Shown here in pieces: positions 61,362 to 64,000 of a DNA stretch of 64,000 nucleotides. A program made the translations under genes and the position numbers. This DNA is from Iphione sp. A-MEVVRFRX5 (taxonomy: Eukaryota). The notes beneath the pieces were generated by a model. It had not been told where the DNA came from. It made no database searches and saw only the letters and a program-made list of their open reading frames with translations. Every line of letters begins with the position of its first letter. The first letter of the stretch is position 1. Where the stretch lies: the NCBI GenBank assembly GCA_976226885.1, contig OZ320316.1, forward strand, positions 63,922,001 to 63,986,000. The letters are read 5' to 3'.

Positions 61362-61370
61362 ACTCACCTC
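61362..61370 (-). other. 5' splice donor of the giant exon, GAG|GTGAGT, phase 1
   Basis: Plus-strand actcacctc reads GAG|GTGAGT on the minus strand. Cadherin similarity stops exactly here (...GQGVFSIDQRG), at the position equivalent to the human FAT1 exon 2 end (...GVFKIGEETG|VIET, from memory). Confidence 0.9.
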
Positions 61371-64000
61371 TTTGATCTATGGAGAAGACGCCCTGACCCG
61401 AGCCTCCCTGGATGGAGTAGACGATTTGGTAATCCCTGGGCGAGGCAAGCGGGTTGTGCTCATCGTCGTCTATTGCCTTGAGCTGCCTCACGCTCGTATT
61501 AGCCGGCAGGTTCTCGTTCACCTGGCTCTGGAAGACAAAGTCCTCGAAGCGCGGCGCGTACAAATTCTCGTTCACGTCGATGACGCGCACGACGACGCTG
61601 CAGCGGGACGACAGTGCCGGGTCGCCGCTATCGCGCGCGCGCACCGACAGGTTGTACACCTGCTGCCGCTCGAAGTCGAGTTCGTTACTGATGCGGATGG
61701 TGCCCGTCTGCCTGTCGATCTCAAATTTGCCGTCGGCGCCGTCCGTCAGAGTGTAACGCACCCTACCGCCATCATGAAGATCGGGGTCATGCGCGGTGAC
61801 AATCATGATGACGGCACCTGGCGGCAGGTCCTCGCGCACGCTCACTGTGTACTCCTCGGGCCGGAAGCGTGGCGCATTATCATTCACGTCGTCCAACGAG
61901 ACGGTGACGGTCACCACTGAGGAGAGCGGTCCGTCGGGCGCATTGTCGGAGGCCTGGACGACCAGTGCGTGTTCGTCGAGCTCCTCGCGGTCGAGCGGCC
62001 GGCTTACCGTGATGCGGCCTGCCTCCTCGTCGATGCTGAAGTCGGGCGAGTCGGACACGATGCTGTAGGTGATTCGAGCACTACCGTCCATGTAGTCGTA
62101 ATCCGTAGCGCGCACCTGGACAATGGTGGAATTCACAGCCACCTGCTCCGAAACTCGCACGCTATAGGCGGGCTGGTCGAATTTCGGCGCATTGTCGTTG
62201 ACGTCGGTGATCTGCACCTCCAGGATCCAGCTCGCCGTTCGCGCGGGCGTGCCCATGTCGAATACCGAGATGTTGAGCACGTACTCAATCTGGGTCTCCC
62301 TGTCGATTTCTGCCATGACGATGAGTTGCCCGGTATAGGTGTCGACACGGAACGTGCCGCCCGCGTTACCCGCACTGATCACGTAGAGCAGCTTGCCGTT
62401 GTAGCCGTGGTCCGGATCGTCGGCCGCCAGCGTCGCGATCGTCGTCCCAACCGGCGTACCCTCCTGCACTTCGATGCGGCGAGGCGTCGAAGGCGGGAAG
62501 ATCGGAGTGTGAGCGTTCTCTGAATATTTGCTCGCCGCCTGCTGAGCCCACTCGTCCCAGTCGTCGTTGTTGACGCCCTGGCGGCTGAGCAGCTCGCTGA
62601 GACGGTGCGTCACGTCTGTGTCGCGGCAGTGGATGTTGGCGTCGATGTTGGCCAGTTGCCGGTTCCGGTTGTTGTTGACGAGCGTGATGTTGACCGTCGT
62701 TGGTTGTGCCACGTTTTTGCCGTCGCTGGCCGTCACCGTCAGGCTGCGCACACTCTCATGGTGGCCGCGCAGGTCACAGCTGAGGCGGATGACACCGGTT
62801 GACGGCTCGATGGTGAAGCAGCCGTCGTGGTTCCCCGACGTAATACTGTAACTGATTATGTTGCCAGCATCGAAATCAATGGCAGACACAGTTACCAGTC
62901 GCGTGTTGAGCTCGGCCGTTCGAGACAGATAACCAGTACAGTCGACCTTCTCAAACATGGGCGTGTTGTCGTTGACATCGCGAATCTTCACCCGAACGAC
63001 CATCTCTGACTCGCGCCGGAAGGGCTCGCCCCAGTCTGAGGCGCGCACTCGTAGCTTGTGCACGCGTCTCATCGACTCATAGTCGAGGACGGCCTTGGTG
63101 GTAATGCGGCCCGAGAAGTGGTCGATGGCGAAGGGCGTGTCCTCCTCGTTCACCATGCTGTAGCTGACGTAGCCGTTGTCATTGCGGTCCAAGTCGTAGG
63201 CGGCCACTACGCACACCTCCGTTCCGACAGGCAAGGTCTCCGCGATGCTCACCGTCATGCGGGTGTCATTAAACACCGGCGCGTTGTCGTTGCAGTCGCG
63301 CACGATGACGAAGACTTCCGCCTGCGACGACCGTCGCGCGCCCTTGTTGGCGCGGTCAGTAGCGATCACGACGAGGCGTAGTGTGTGCTGTGCCTCGGCG
63401 TCGAGCGGCGCCACCACCGAGAGCAGGCCTGTGTAAGTGTCAACGTGGAACCAACCGCCGTCGTTGCCTTCCCCGATTGTGTAGACTACCTCGGCGTTGG
63501 AGCCGAGGTCTTCATCTTGAGAGCGGACAAACATGAGTGGTGTATGGCGCGGCACCACCTCGTCCACCTCCACCTTGTACGTATCCTTCTCAAAGCGGGG
63601 CACTTGGTCGTTGATGTCCCCGATGGCGATGTGTATTTCGAGCGTGGCAGTGCGCCCCGGCTCGCCTTTATCCACGGCCTCCAGGGTCAAGTTAAAGCCT
63701 CCTGGTGCTGTCTCTCGGTCAATGAGCCGCGCCACTTGGATGGTGTACTCGGACGGCGTGGTTCCCGGTAGTAATCTAAAATGGCCGCCCGGGTCGCCGC
63801 CGACGATGGCCACACGGTCGATGACGCCGTTGTCGCCGTAGTCCGGGTCAGTGACATACAGCATGGCGTATGTGGTGCCCACTAATCCTTGCTCGGAAAG
63901 CGCCGGCAGTGGCTGCAGCGCCAGGCGCGGAGCGTTGCGATTCACCTCGGCGATGGTCACCTCCAGGGTGGCGCGGCTCACCCTGGAGCCGTGGCCCACT
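61368..64000 (-). CDS. FAT1: Partial giant coding exon of a Fat-like atypical cadherin (fat2/kugelei, FAT1/2/3 class), covering about EC3-EC10. The frame is open at the window edge, so the 'M' in the ORF track is an internal GTG (Val).
   Basis: 877 codons + 1 nt encode 7 complete and 1 partial cadherin repeats with LDRE/LDYE/LDFE, AxDxD and DVNDNxP motifs. Class-diagnostic stretches are RVRASDWGEPFRRE, DNTPMFEKVDCTG, SAIDFDAGNIISY..GCF and DVNENLYAP, which I recognise from FAT1 and fly Fat2. Codon third positions are strongly G/C biased. Confidence 0.95.

Larger units (their letters stand above)
1..61367 (-). other. Long intron of the Fat-like gene (>61 kb, 3' end not in window)
   Basis: Starts with GT at 61367. 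The next expected exon (..LDRE..DVNDN..) is not in the ORF track and I did not find it by reading the minus strand. A small exon, or one hidden in an under-sized N gap, cannot be fully excluded. Confidence 0.7.

Noticed and set aside
61278-63841. Plus-strand and alternative-frame ORFs overlapping the Fat exon (up to 184 aa)
   Set aside because: Shadow ORFs caused by high GC3 codon bias on the coding strand. No recognisable domains.

Overview
Animal genomic DNA, probably a marine invertebrate bilaterian (inferred from the Fat-like protein signature, a Meta-type SINE and abundant TACATGTA). It is not prokaryotic: I found no operons, CRISPR arrays, rRNA or tRNA genes. The last 2.6 kb (61368-64000, minus strand) is the 3' part of a giant cadherin-repeat exon of a Fat-like gene (fly fat2/kugelei, vertebrate FAT1-3 class). 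It ends at a canonical GT donor. I found no further cadherin exon, so the remaining 61 kb reads as one very long intron. That intron holds GC-rich enhancer-like blocks, a family of PIF/Harbinger-like MITEs, other TIR MITEs, one tRNA-derived SINE, a decayed Penelope-like endonuclease relic, micro- and minisatellites, and three N gaps. All other ORFs in the track look like chance or antisense-shadow ORFs. I cannot support a new protein-coding system. Best leads: a predicted conserved Fat circRNA, candidate recursive splice sites, about 32 TACATGTA octamers that may be Tc1-type excision footprints, a ~20 kb insertion-poor intron core, and an intronic promoter-like CpG block. All counts and alignments were done by eye.
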